From: Tubulanus polymorphus
Taxonomy: Eukaryota > Animalia > Nemertea
Direction: 5' to 3'
NCBI RefSeq assembly: GCF_964204645.1
Contig: NC_134026.1
Span: 21,796,150-21,860,149 of the forward strand
DNA: 64,000 nucleotides
Positions 35,986 to 48,000 of the stretch are shown here, one piece after another. Both the position numbers and the translations under genes were made by a program. Under the pieces are notes generated by a model. That model searched no databases and had not been told where the DNA came from. It worked only from the letters and a program-made list of their open reading frames with translations. Each line of letters opens with the position of its first letter. Position 1 is the first letter of the stretch.

Positions 35986-38610
35986 AAAATCAAAAAGACT
36001 AAGTGGCAAATTTAGAAAAATGGATTCAGGTCTGATCCATGTGATCCAGTTGACCTGGGATTATTTGATTAGAGTCAAACTCATTGATTACGTAGGGGGT
36101 AATAGATGGAGCCACAGTTTGTGCTTGGAACAATGGTGAGTGATGCTCTTGGCATTTCACTCACCAGGAGAAAGTCCCCCCCATAACTTCTTAAGATAGG
36201 TATTTCCAGATAGAATTCTGTTTTTGTCTTATTTGTCTGTGTATATATGTCTGGAAATGGTGACATGGATGGTGATAGGACAGTACGGCCTGGGTGATGT
36301 TGGGGTAGGGTAATGTGATTCAGAGAAAGTGGTCCAGTCCGGACTGGCATTACCTCCTGCCCTTCCTCCTTCCCGCGCTTACTATTCCACAAGCTCTATA
36401 TGAGATACATCGAGAATGATGCTAATGAAGATTGAATTCATCGATTCATTTAGGAATTGAAACTTGTTTCATTGAACAAATGTCACTGCAAAAAAACAAT
36501 ATCATCAAACAATGATATGATTGTGATTGACTATAGTGAACCACTGCCCTAGTGCAGTTTTATGTCACAAAAAGCTTTTTTCCACTCGATACAACAGATG
36601 ATAGTGCTACCAATCGGACTGCCTGTGTAGGGCAAGTAATTTTTGTAGGGGACAAGCAAAATTTCAGATATGCTTGCCCCCGGGCAAGTGGATTTCATTC
36701 CTTAGATGGGACCCTGTAAAAGCACTGATTCAGATGGATTTAAACCCAGTTCAATTACTATATTTCCTATATATTCACTTACTGCCGGGTGGTACTGATA
36801 CAGAGCAAGGAGAGATAGCGAGAGAAAGATAGAGAGAGCCATATGAAAAAGAAAGAACATGAAAAGAGTGGGGTCCGAGAGCAATTCGAAGGTTTAGTGT
36901 TCTGCTGGCCTAGATGGCGGGCAGGGGTCTATTCCTACCTCAACTCAAGAAAGGTGAGCTTAAAGCCACCAAGCACAAAAGTGGGGTCCAAAGGGTAGTC
37001 CACTACTGGCTTAGAGAGTGGTCAGTGGTCTATTCCTACCTCACGTGCTTAAAAATGTTTGCAAAAAATGGCAAATAAGAAAGTGAGAGTGAGAGTGTGA
37101 GAGAGAGAGGAGGTGCTGAGTTTCATGTATCACTGGGCGTAACGTGACAAATAAGAAATAATTCACAGATAATTCACAATAATTCAAATCTTGAATAATT
37201 GTGTTGTGGGTTCAGAGTCTATTTCTCATCATGGTAAAAACTATTCAGAGATTTGTGAATTAAGAAATTTGCCGTCATTTGCTTCATGAATCGTTCACTT
37301 GTTAAAATGAATCATGTGACAGACATGTAAAATACTGTTACTGATTTGTCATTGTTTTGATGGTGTCTTAATATTCAATGTGTTGCAGGTATCGTCTCCT
37401 AGTATTTCACATGGAATTGAGGAGTAGTTTGAGGGATCGGGAGGGTTGGAGAAGCATTGAGATGTCTAAAGGGAGCGGCCTGGAGGAGGCTGAGAGATTG
37501 AGTGACCCCATCAATCACTCATCACTGTACTGTCCTAGCTCCACCCCTAATATCACATCACAGACACCACCCCCTACCTCACCCTCACCTCAACAACACC
37601 AAACATACTGACCCCGCATTACCCAAACTTACACTTTCATATTACTCTGACTGTACCTTACTCTATCCTTAACACTCTACACACACCGCCCCCTACCTTA
37701 CACATACCATACCAGCATCACACCTGTACCGCCCTCTACCAGCAACCTTTCTCCATTATCATACACCTCCCTTACTATACATCGTACACTACCACATACA
37801 CCCACCCCAAACAGTTCCATATTAAACTGATCATCTAATCCAGCCATATCAAACAACCCTGCATCATCCAACCTGATCTTACCTTATCACATTGTCCTAT
37901 CCTCCCCTAATGTGTCAACTCCATACCCTGTCTCATTCCATACCCAAGCACCATACTTCTCATTCCCTCTATGATTGAATAAGTAGAAATGTTACGATGT
38001 TGTAGTTACACAGATGAGAATGATTCTTATCGCTAATGAAGATGAGAGAACAAACATTCTTCAAACTGAGGAGGAATAAGTGAATAAATGACTGCAGTGT
38101 TACACAGTCAGTGTTACATGTACATCAGTTATATCTCCATTAGACTGAAACAATGAGCGAAACTTCTACAGTTACAATCTGACACAAATCAAACTGCGTC
38201 AGAAAACATTTTACAACTTTCTCGTTTTCTATAACTTTGGTTTCAGATGTGCTTCATATGTATTCATATAGAATGTGTTATCATTATTTCAGTTGTTACA
38301 ATTAGGTTGATTCAGTGGTCGCTGTAAGGAACTCTGATCTATAGCTGTGTGTGAAGTGAGCTGAAGATGGATACAGATACTTGCTGGAGACAAATTCAAT
38401 AACTGTTATAATGATTCTACATTTTGTTTTAGTCTGTTAGAAGATTAACTGAATTCTGGTCCTGAACATGTTTCAACTCCACACGATAACTGGTATGTGT
38501 ATGACAACAGAATTTCATGTTTATTTCATGAATTTGATAAATTGAAGAATCTGTTATTTTCATTTCAGAGTCAATCATTGCTGGGGAGTTGTAGAATCTG
38601 ATATAGAACT

Positions 38611-38773
38611 GGGGGTCATTCATTTATTACGTACGCATTAGGGGAGGGGGAGGGGTCAGTGCAATTGTGTACTGTAATGCTTAATGTATACCAAAAAATG
38701 GCTGATTTTGCGTACAGGGGGGGGGGGTTGAAAAATTCAAATTTCATGCGTACGTAATAAATGAATGATCCCC
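38611..38773. mobile_element. Small MITE, probably Harbinger-type, copy 1
   Basis: TIRs GGGGTCATTCATTTATTACGTACGCA ... TGCGTACGTAATAAATGAATGATCCCC; second copy at 46217-46387. Confidence 0.8.
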
Positions 38774-38846
38774 TGATTTTCACAGTCAGCTACACACATT
38801 AACGGTATGTATTACATGTGTATGGGTACAATTTAAATTAATCACA

Positions 38847-39030
38847 CTAGTTCTGCCTCATCATCATCATCATCATCATCATCATCTAGGTCTGCCTCAT
38901 CATCATCATCATCTAGTTCTGCCTCATCATCATCGTCATCGTCATCATCATCTAGTTCTGCCTCATCATCATCATCATCATCTAGTTCTGCCTCCTTATC
39001 ATCATCATCTAGTTTTGCCTCCTCCTCAGT
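38847..39030. repeat. Compound minisatellite with (TCA)n tracts
   Basis: About 6 units of CTAGTTCTGCC(TCA)n. Confidence 0.9.
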
Positions 39031-40839
39031 AGCAGTGTGCATCCTGAGGAAGCAATCAGTCCTCCTGCAATCACAGATTGCCCGCTCTTAAGGAGGTCAG
39101 GTGACGTTGGGTCTTTAGTTCACCTCGGTTTCGGCTTCTCAGTAACTGTTTGAGTTTGGAGCTGCATCTTACCTTACTAGATTGGCTGACCAGCTTGTAT
39201 CGTTTATGATTCTACAATTTGTTTTAACCTGTGGATTTAACCAGGAGATGACCAATTACCAGAAGACCAGGTATGACCAATTTACCAATTGCCAGACGAC
39301 CAGAAATGACCAATGGCCAGGCAATGACCAGCGATTACAGATTGCCAGTATAATTGTATGATTGATTTTCTGTTTGTGAATGAACTTGAGAACAGTCACT
39401 GTTCTTTAATCCTATCAGTTACAGCCATGTTTTGATAAAATCTCTTGCACAATCACCTCTAAACCTATTACACAATCACTTCTATCTAATCTCTATGATA
39501 AATACTCTTTGTTTCAACTCTCGTCAATCAAAACGTGGTTGTCATTGATGTTCACAGAAACTGAAATCCCAGAATCGATTTTGTGAACCTGAATAAATGT
39601 ATTTATTATTGTGTTGTGTTGTTTATTCAGCGAGATCTGTGGTGATTCAATCATGTGATCCGCTCAAGTTTTTTTTAATGTCAACTCCCTCCAAAATTCT
39701 GGATCCGATGTTATCCATTGTAGTTTAGACCATAGAACAGAGTTTGATGTTTATGTTTGGATGAACTTAAAAATTGCTAATTTGAAACTTTGTTTAAATC
39801 ATCATTTCACTAAACTTGTCCAAATCCTCGATTGTCAATCTTCCATATCCGAAACCCGTATCTAGATTTTGGAATGCTAACATAATGATAAAACTGGTTT
39901 GGGCACAACTTTGGTTGTTGTAATTATCTCTAAACGCCATTCAAACCACTACTCCGTCGCCGTAGACCAGTTTTGTCATTTATCTCTTAAGCATCCTCCC
40001 GAACACGTGTGTGGCGAACGAATCGTCACGTGGGGGATGCGGCCCGGAACCCTTTCATAGAATGTCTCGCGTGTATGTCTGATTGGACGGTTAGACTGGT
40101 TGTCTGTCGAATACTGCACCGAAATCCCAAAAGGCTAGGTTTGAAATCGGTTTCGGTTTGTAGGAAATTCATCTGTTCAGGAAACCGCTTTGTGAGCGTT
40201 TGCAACATCAAACCGACTTACCGACTTGTCCAACATGGCCGAATAAGGAAATTTCTGCGTTTTCGTTCTGTCGCATTTGTTCACACTACGGTAAAACCGG
40301 TTTGCCACCTTCCAGTCCTCGGGCCACTGCCGCCGGGTGAAAGAAAACGATATGCCGCCCTAGTTTTGGGGATTCACCCTCACCTGAATCAGACCTACAT
40401 GCACCCCTAGGGTATAATGCTTACTACTAGTTAGCATTTTTGGGTGGGGGCCGGGGATTTGCTAAAAAAGTGTTTGAACCCTGTTAAACATATATGCATA
40501 GCCGCATGAATGGACGCCGACGAGTCAATAAGTCCCAGGACAAGGGATTTCATTTTCCCCGGAAGTTTAAAACAGCTGTAATGTAATGATTTATCCCCTT
40601 GTAAAATGGCTGCTGCCGGTAGACGTCGTAAGCTCGAAATTGAGCAAAATACTCTTGAAAGTATGATACTTCAAGCCTTTTCGTACAAAGAAATCGGAGG
40701 AATGTTCGACGTGAGTCTGTTTACTATGTTGTTACACTTACTGTTTATGCTAAAACAATAGACTGGTTGCCTGTCTAATTATGCGCCACCGTGCAAAACC
40801 TGGTCCAAATACCCCTCCAAATACGTGTTTTGATGCGTA

Positions 40840-41125
40840 ATTTGACGGGTAAAAACGATGATTTTGACAGGTAATTGGTAAATACGAAGTTTGAATTTTG
40901 ACAGTATATCTACGATAGCGATTTTGACGCGTCAAATGATAACGAGTTTTGACAGTACGTATATCTACGATAGCAACTAGGTAATGCGAGATCATATTTG
41001 ACGCGTCAAATACGATGTTTTGACGAGCATTTTATGATGAGTTGACGAGAAAATTCGATGTTTAGTTTGACGGGTAAACTATGAAAGTTTGACGGGTAAA
41101 TTTGATGTTTAATTTTGACAGGATA
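40840..41125. repeat. Cluster of about 12 TTTGAC(G/A) motifs at roughly 20-40 bp spacing
   Basis: TTTGACGGGTAAA x3, palindromic TTTGACGCGTCAAA x2, several TTTTGACAG. Confidence 0.7.
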
Positions 41126-42067
41126 TCTATGCCATACGATACATGCTTAGTTGGTTGTTGGAACGAACTTCACGTCGTATGAAATATTTTAACTTTTTTT
41201 CTGATTGACTTCAAAAGTCAACCCAATCGGGGATTAGCTGCAGTAGGCCTGTGTCTGTGGCCGGTAGAAATACGCAAATTAGGCTTTTTAGGCCTAGTGA
41301 CTAATTTCAAAGAAGTGCCATACATGCACTGAAATGGTCGTTTGAACATCGATCAATATTCACCACTTCGAATATGCCAAGATATACCGTTACTTAAAAT
41401 ATTACAAATTATAAGTATCCCATCTAACACAGTATTAACCTCCTCTGCCTGTTAGAAATTCTGGAGGAATGCGATCTAATAAATGAAAAGAAATACAAAA
41501 ACTGAAATTTTTTGTGCCATACATTCGTTTGAGGGCAGTGTTTTTTATCTTGATTCAGTAAAGATAATGGCCCGAAGCTCTTTACAAAATTTATCAAAGA
41601 GTCGCTACATGTAATCATAATACGCTTTCAAAGTGCATCAGTGTTCTACTAAAAGAAAAAACTAACAAAACACATTATAACATTCAACTGTGAACTGGGT
41701 TTTCATTTATTGTCGATACTCAATCAGCAATAAAAAAGCCTGGTGTGACCCAATTTACATCAAGTTATTATTCATCGAGTGTTCTTATACTTTGTGAAAT
41801 ATGTTCATGAAAGTTCGTATATACAATTGTAAGCGTTGAAAAATGAATATGTACCCTGTGATTCATTACTGCCCCACGTGAACACAGCGACCTGCGTGGC
41901 GTTTGCACGTAATTCTATTGGAAAATAATCAACCATGATTGATATTGTATCATAACCGGTTGTTTCCAGTTGCCGTGTAGCTGTGCAAAAGCGAATAACG
42001 AAACTAAACACAGTATCGCAGTATCGTACAGTTCCGACGGACAAGATCGTGCAAATTAGCGACGAAA

Positions 42068-45000
42068 ATGACATTTCTATCCGTGAATTTGCAAATTCTT
42101 GCACTGATGTTGGTCATGGTGCAAGTAACATCGGTCAAAACACCGGTGATAAATCCAGCTACCTTATCAGACGCTTCTGGAAATGTAGCCGATAGCGCGA
42201 GCACAATCACATGGGCGGATCTACCGAAAGGTAGGCCGTATAAGAGCAACACCGTTCCTACTGACCCGGGTCTCGGACCTTTGTACAATATGGTGAATGG
42301 CTTCGTCGGAGCAGTTCTACCGGTTAGTAAATTACCGTGGGGTAAGTATTTCAGTATATGGGGTGAGTATATCTTCCGATAGAATAAACGAGGGATGGCG
42401 TATGCTCTAGTAATATTCGGTGATCCTTCCAAAAAACCCAATTCCTAGGATGAAAGATAACATTGATAACATAAAATAATACTGGCCAGAACTACCATCT
42501 TGTAAGCTGCCTTGCCGCAGATATTTTTCGGTAGACATTCCATATAAAGTGATTTATCAAAACGGTAGAAGCGGGTTATTGCAACAAAACCTTGATTTAT
42601 AAAAGAAATAATTCCTCTTTCATACATAAATGCATATGTTTTAGCCGGGCTGAATTAGAACCGGTTTGGGAATTGAATGATCAAAATCACACTAACTTCT
42701 ATATTGTCTTTGTCAATCATACGAAACGACTTCGTTAGTATTGTATCAATGTTTTTTTTCTTATTTCATCTCATTCAATGTAGACCCGTTTATGCACGAT
42801 CGTTTCACATAAAATATTTCTGCAATGCGCCACGAACGAATTATGTCACAGGTTCATGTTTATGATCCCACACCGTCAACCATCAGCAACTCATTAGACC
42901 TTATTGCGTAGCTAAGGGGAGTCAAACATTACAGGGTGTTCGAAGATATATGTGAGGGCGAACGTAATTCTATTCAGAATGTATTTTTGTACTATATTAT
43001 AGATATGTTTGCTGGTCTGACTAGCGGAAATGTTTCAATCTCTCAAATAACGAACAACTGGCAATCCGTGAGTACCTCAGTGGGAGGTCCGAATGATAAG
43101 ACCATCTACGCATTAGTTACATATTTTGAGAAAGAAATCATTGACAAATAGACTGCTGATAGTAAAATGAACCGACCAAAATAAAAAATAAAAGTTTCGG
43201 AAAAATTCCTCTTTCTCGATGAAAGGTTATATAATTCTGTGTAAATTTCACAGCATTATTTTGTATTCAAAGATATTCTCATTCTAGTTAGCAGCTTTTG
43301 GCGCTGGTTATGGCGTTTGCTTCCTATTCGGATTTCTGTTCGTATTGATCATGCCAATCGTAGCGTGTTGTTTCTGCTGCTGTCGATGTTGTTGTGGCAA
43401 CTGCGGCGGAGACATGAAACAGAAGAGTAGTGACGTCAAAAAAGGCTGCTGCATCGGAATGATTATTGCCCTTTACGTAATGGTAACCCTGGTCGCGTAA
43501 GATTCGTTTATAATCATTCTATAATCTAGCAATACCATAAAAATAAAGAAACACCGACGTTGTTAATTAATATCCAAGACCATTTTACAATATTTTGGAA
43601 TCATCAATATGCCTTATCTCACGTTATTTGGTGAAATTTGTGGCTCATTCAGGTGGCCATATTTCGTGGATTCGTGTCTAACTTTTTGCTATAACTGTCT
43701 GCTAGTGTTTAAGTGCATACGTAATTGAATGAGATATTTAAGTGAATAACGCAAGTACTTAGGCGAATTAATTCATTGTAGAATGCATTTTTTTTGCAGT
43801 GGCGCAGCTGTGTGTATTATCGTTACGAGTGATTCCATGAATACAGCTATCGGTGAAGCGGGACCAACAATAGCGTCAAGTCTTTCTGATGTTTCTACCT
43901 ATCTAAATAACACTGTTGACGTAAGTACGTAACGACAGCTTATCGTAATGTAAGCTACAACAAAATTGTGGGGTTGGCAGAAAAATGTACATCGCATATG
44001 AAATTCAAGAGATGTGTATTTTCTTCAGCCATAGAATATTTCATTTTCGTTTTAAAATCGCAGGAAATTAAGCATGTGGCAACCACGAACTATGAATTCA
44101 CGGCGAAAGTAATTTCACGAGATTTGGACAGTACGTATAACGCACAAATCACTTTCGTTGTATTATATTTCATAGAGCACCATATTATTTAACTGTCACA
44201 TTTTGACGTAGATATTGGCCAACTGGTCGGCGTACCGATACAAAATGCACTCGGGACAACTGGTGGGGTCGATGCAGCCGTGCAAAGTGTCCTTGATCTC
44301 GATTCAAGTGAGTTCCGAGAAAAATCCTACACATTTTCCATCGGATTATGCGTATAATTCACAGTAAACATCATCATAATGACCGAACGATAATTTCCGC
44401 ACGTTTCGTTTTCAGAAATAACACAATCTATACCACTATTCGCAGACTATTCCGCAAAATGGACCGTTCTAAAGACGGCAATGACCGCGCTTTCGTCTCT
44501 ACTAGCCACCGCAAAGGCAAATGTAGAAACCGTTAAAACCAAAAATAAATGTACCAATGATCCGAACTGTAATGCCCTCACTCCAGCGACATATGTTACA
44601 GCTCTTGATGCTACAGCGGTAAGGTCGAATGACTGGCCCATGCCCGGTTAATAGACACATATGCAAGGCATTTGAGCAGAATACACTCATTTTAACATGT
44701 TGATAAGGCCAATCTCTGGATAATTCTCATGGTGACTTGTGATAAAAGTGGGCAATAGTATCTTGTTTTAAGAATATCATAAACTAAAAAATATCTACGA
44801 CTACAATTTGATTAGATTTTCATTTTGTACCTGGATAATATCATCATGTTTGACGAAAGAATTTTCAGTTTTATTGCAAACAATCTATTTTCTTTTTTTT
44901 TCGAAGACTATATTTAATCTATCAGCGGAAGAGATGGGCATGCAACATGTAGCCTCGCAAGATCTAGCCGGGAAACTGAATACAGTATGTACATCGAATC

Positions 45001-48000
45001 AAAGAATACTTTTTTTTTTAATTTCGAAATTATACTCAGATAATCTTCCTCAGATTATAGTAAATTATTGGAAATTTCTGTTTTGCGATTAGGGAAAGTC
45101 GTCATTCGATAATATCCCGAATCAAGTGAATACAAGTTCTAGTACTGCTGTTAACGGTAATTAGCTATTCAACTTCTAACCACTAATTCAATCCGAAAAC
45201 ATAATCTGTTGCATGACATTTAATGTCAATGATCAGATTATACTGCGAGGCGATGAAAATGAGTAAAATACAGCTACCCTATCAACTAAAATTAGATATT
45301 TCAATTTTTTCTGTAATTTTGTATAAGATTATTTTGTTATTTTGATTATCTGTCATACGAATGTTGTACACATGTTGATAAAGACTAAGAAACTAAACAA
45401 AAGTATAGGTATTAAATGGATTTGATTCTTCAGATATCACGACAAAACTGAACAGTTTTGTGTCTGGAGTCGACGGCAATCTGGGCGGAATTAATGATAT
45501 GTCTTCGAAAGTAAGCGATAACAATTTTACACGCGTCAAAGCTATTCCGTAAAGCCATTAGAATAGAAAAGTCGACTACCTGTCCCGTGAATCTTCTGTA
45601 AAAATAGTCTATGGATTGACTGTCTATACGGCTTCGTCACTGGCCCGTGCCGAGAGGCGAGGGGGGTTTGGGGAAAGATGCCCCAAAAATCTTTCGAAAT
45701 TTGGATATAATGTTCATGTTTTTTTTAAATGGTTTATTCTCAAATGATTTATGCAGGTACCTTCATTATTCTTTTGAAAAATACATACATGAATCGTATA
45801 AATGTTGTGCACTTCATTTTTTCTAGCTTTCCGTGGACGACATGGCAAAAACAATTGACGATTATTCAAACCTGTTGAAAACTTATAGCATATACGTGTA
45901 CGTGCAAATATATTGCTCTGCCAAAAGAAATAGGCTGATGAGCATTTCGCCATTGACAAATTACAAATAACAAATTTGAAACATGAAAATGTATCATTTT
46001 ATAGCTGGTATGGAATGCTAGGTCTTGGAGGATTAATCGGCTTGTTAACACTAATACAACTAATAGGATTGGTATTTGGCTGCTGTTCCTACAATCCTAA
46101 ACGTTATCCTACCGAAAGAACTTGTCCATCGAATTCTGGCGGAAACATATTAATGGCGTAAGTAAAAAAAACCATGTAAAACATAGATATCTTCATTGCG
46201 TGCTTCAATCGAATCTGGGGTAATTCATTTATTATGTATACGCATCAGTATATGGGAGGAGGAGGGGTCAGTGCAATTGCGTACTGTAATGCTTAATGTA
46301 TATGAAAAATGGCAGATTTTGCGTTCAGAAGGGGGGGGGGGTTGAAAAAATTTAAATTTCATGCGTACGTGATAAATGAATGATCCCTGTGCCTGTCTCA
46401 CCGATGGACGAATCAACGAAATCTTGAGCTTGATTTATATTGTTTCAGTGCAGCCGGACTTCAAATGATTTTCTCACCGCTGTTTATGTTGTTTGTTTGT
46501 TTGACATTCCTGATCGGGTGTCCACTGGAAGGTCTTGTTTGCTCACAGCTAAGAAATCTCGACTCACCTCTGTTTACGAAGGTAATTTTTGACGAAATTA
46601 AGCTTACAATTATATAGTTTATGGTAGGTATGAAAAAATGTATAATTCTTTACCGAATTACAGGAAAAATCCCAGTTAAACTCTGTCAGCTGTCAATAAA
46701 ATGGAATATCGATTTTACTCTAGTTGATAGACAAGCCTGACGCAATTCGAACAGGATACATACTAAGTGATACATTGTTCAGTAACGGTAGTATTCCCAT
46801 GACAGTCTCAGGCATACTGAAGTAAGTAATCATTGTTTTTTTTTTTTGATAATCTATTTCTTATAGAGCACGCTCCGTGTACATTTCAAAATTTACAAAT
46901 ACAAAAATCAAATTGAAGACGTATTATTGATTTCAAATAATATGCAGTATGCATTGTTGCTCTGTATATACCAGGGACTGCAAGGCTGGAAAAGCAGCTT
47001 ATCCAACATTGAAGCTGAACAATTTTGTCGATATTAATTCTGTTCTTGATTATAAAAAGGTATGTGAAGAATCGAACGTATACATTTTATATATCCAATT
47101 TCAATAAATCAACTTTTACCGAGGTAATTTTATTCTACAGAAATATACAGAAAATTGTTTATTCTAGACGTCTCAGTCACATTTTGAATTTCTACCTATT
47201 CATAGAATGTGGACATAACTGGACAAATTAACAGCGTTTCTATTGATCTGAGTGCAGTGCAACTGCTTTCAGCTGACACGATAAGTGAACTGGATGCTTT
47301 GAAGTTAGCAGCAACCATTAATTGGTCTGGCATCGCAGCTGAGGTTCGTAAATCTATTATCAAACTAGTGGAAAGCCCGTGGAAACCACGGGTGATTGAT
47401 TTTTGAACGTAGAACTTCCGACTTTTTGAGTAGGAGTATTTTAAAGTGGCCTATTATGTGGTACCGTGATCGCCCTTGCCCGTTGAGACCATATGGGATC
47501 TTGGGACCGACTTGACCTATGCCCGGGGATACTCCGTCTCTAATCACATGTATACTAAAAATGTCTTGGCCCGTAACAGAACTATAGATAGCAAACAAAT
47601 ATGTTAAGTACCGATATGATCACCTGTTGGTGCAGCAGGTAACGGGTAAAAAACAAAAATGTTCAGTCACACACGCTAACGCCTCGGCCCAATACAATCA
47701 CTCTGCTGATGAGTGAGTTTATTGCTTTGAACCAGCAGCAATACCTCGTAGGTTATAGCATGGACGTATAGTTTATACGTCCATGGTTATAGTAAGTGGG
47801 TTAATTGCTTTTTTATTAGCCCACTTGGGACTTTAGTCCCAGCGGGCTATTGCGTTCACTTTTCGTCCGTCGTCCGTCCATCCGTCCGTCCGTAGACGGA
47901 ATCCAGTTATTTTGGGAAGTTTTGAAGACGCTTCAAGGTAATGTCTTGATATTTGGGTTACACATGTATCTACCCTAGACACATCTTCAGCCCAAAAACT

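Larger units (their letters stand above)
33350..38480. repeat. Long inverted repeat with ~0.9-kb arms; left arm interrupted by a 1.4-kb insertion
   Basis: 33350-34115 is the reverse complement of ~37725-38480, and 35555-35703 is the reverse complement of ~37579-37725. Confidence 0.85.

Noticed and set aside
38842-39042. Asp-rich ORF (EAELDDDDDD)n resembling an acidic biomineralisation protein
   Set aside because: It is the translation of a compound (TCA)n minisatellite inside the repeat block, with no signal peptide or supported exon context.
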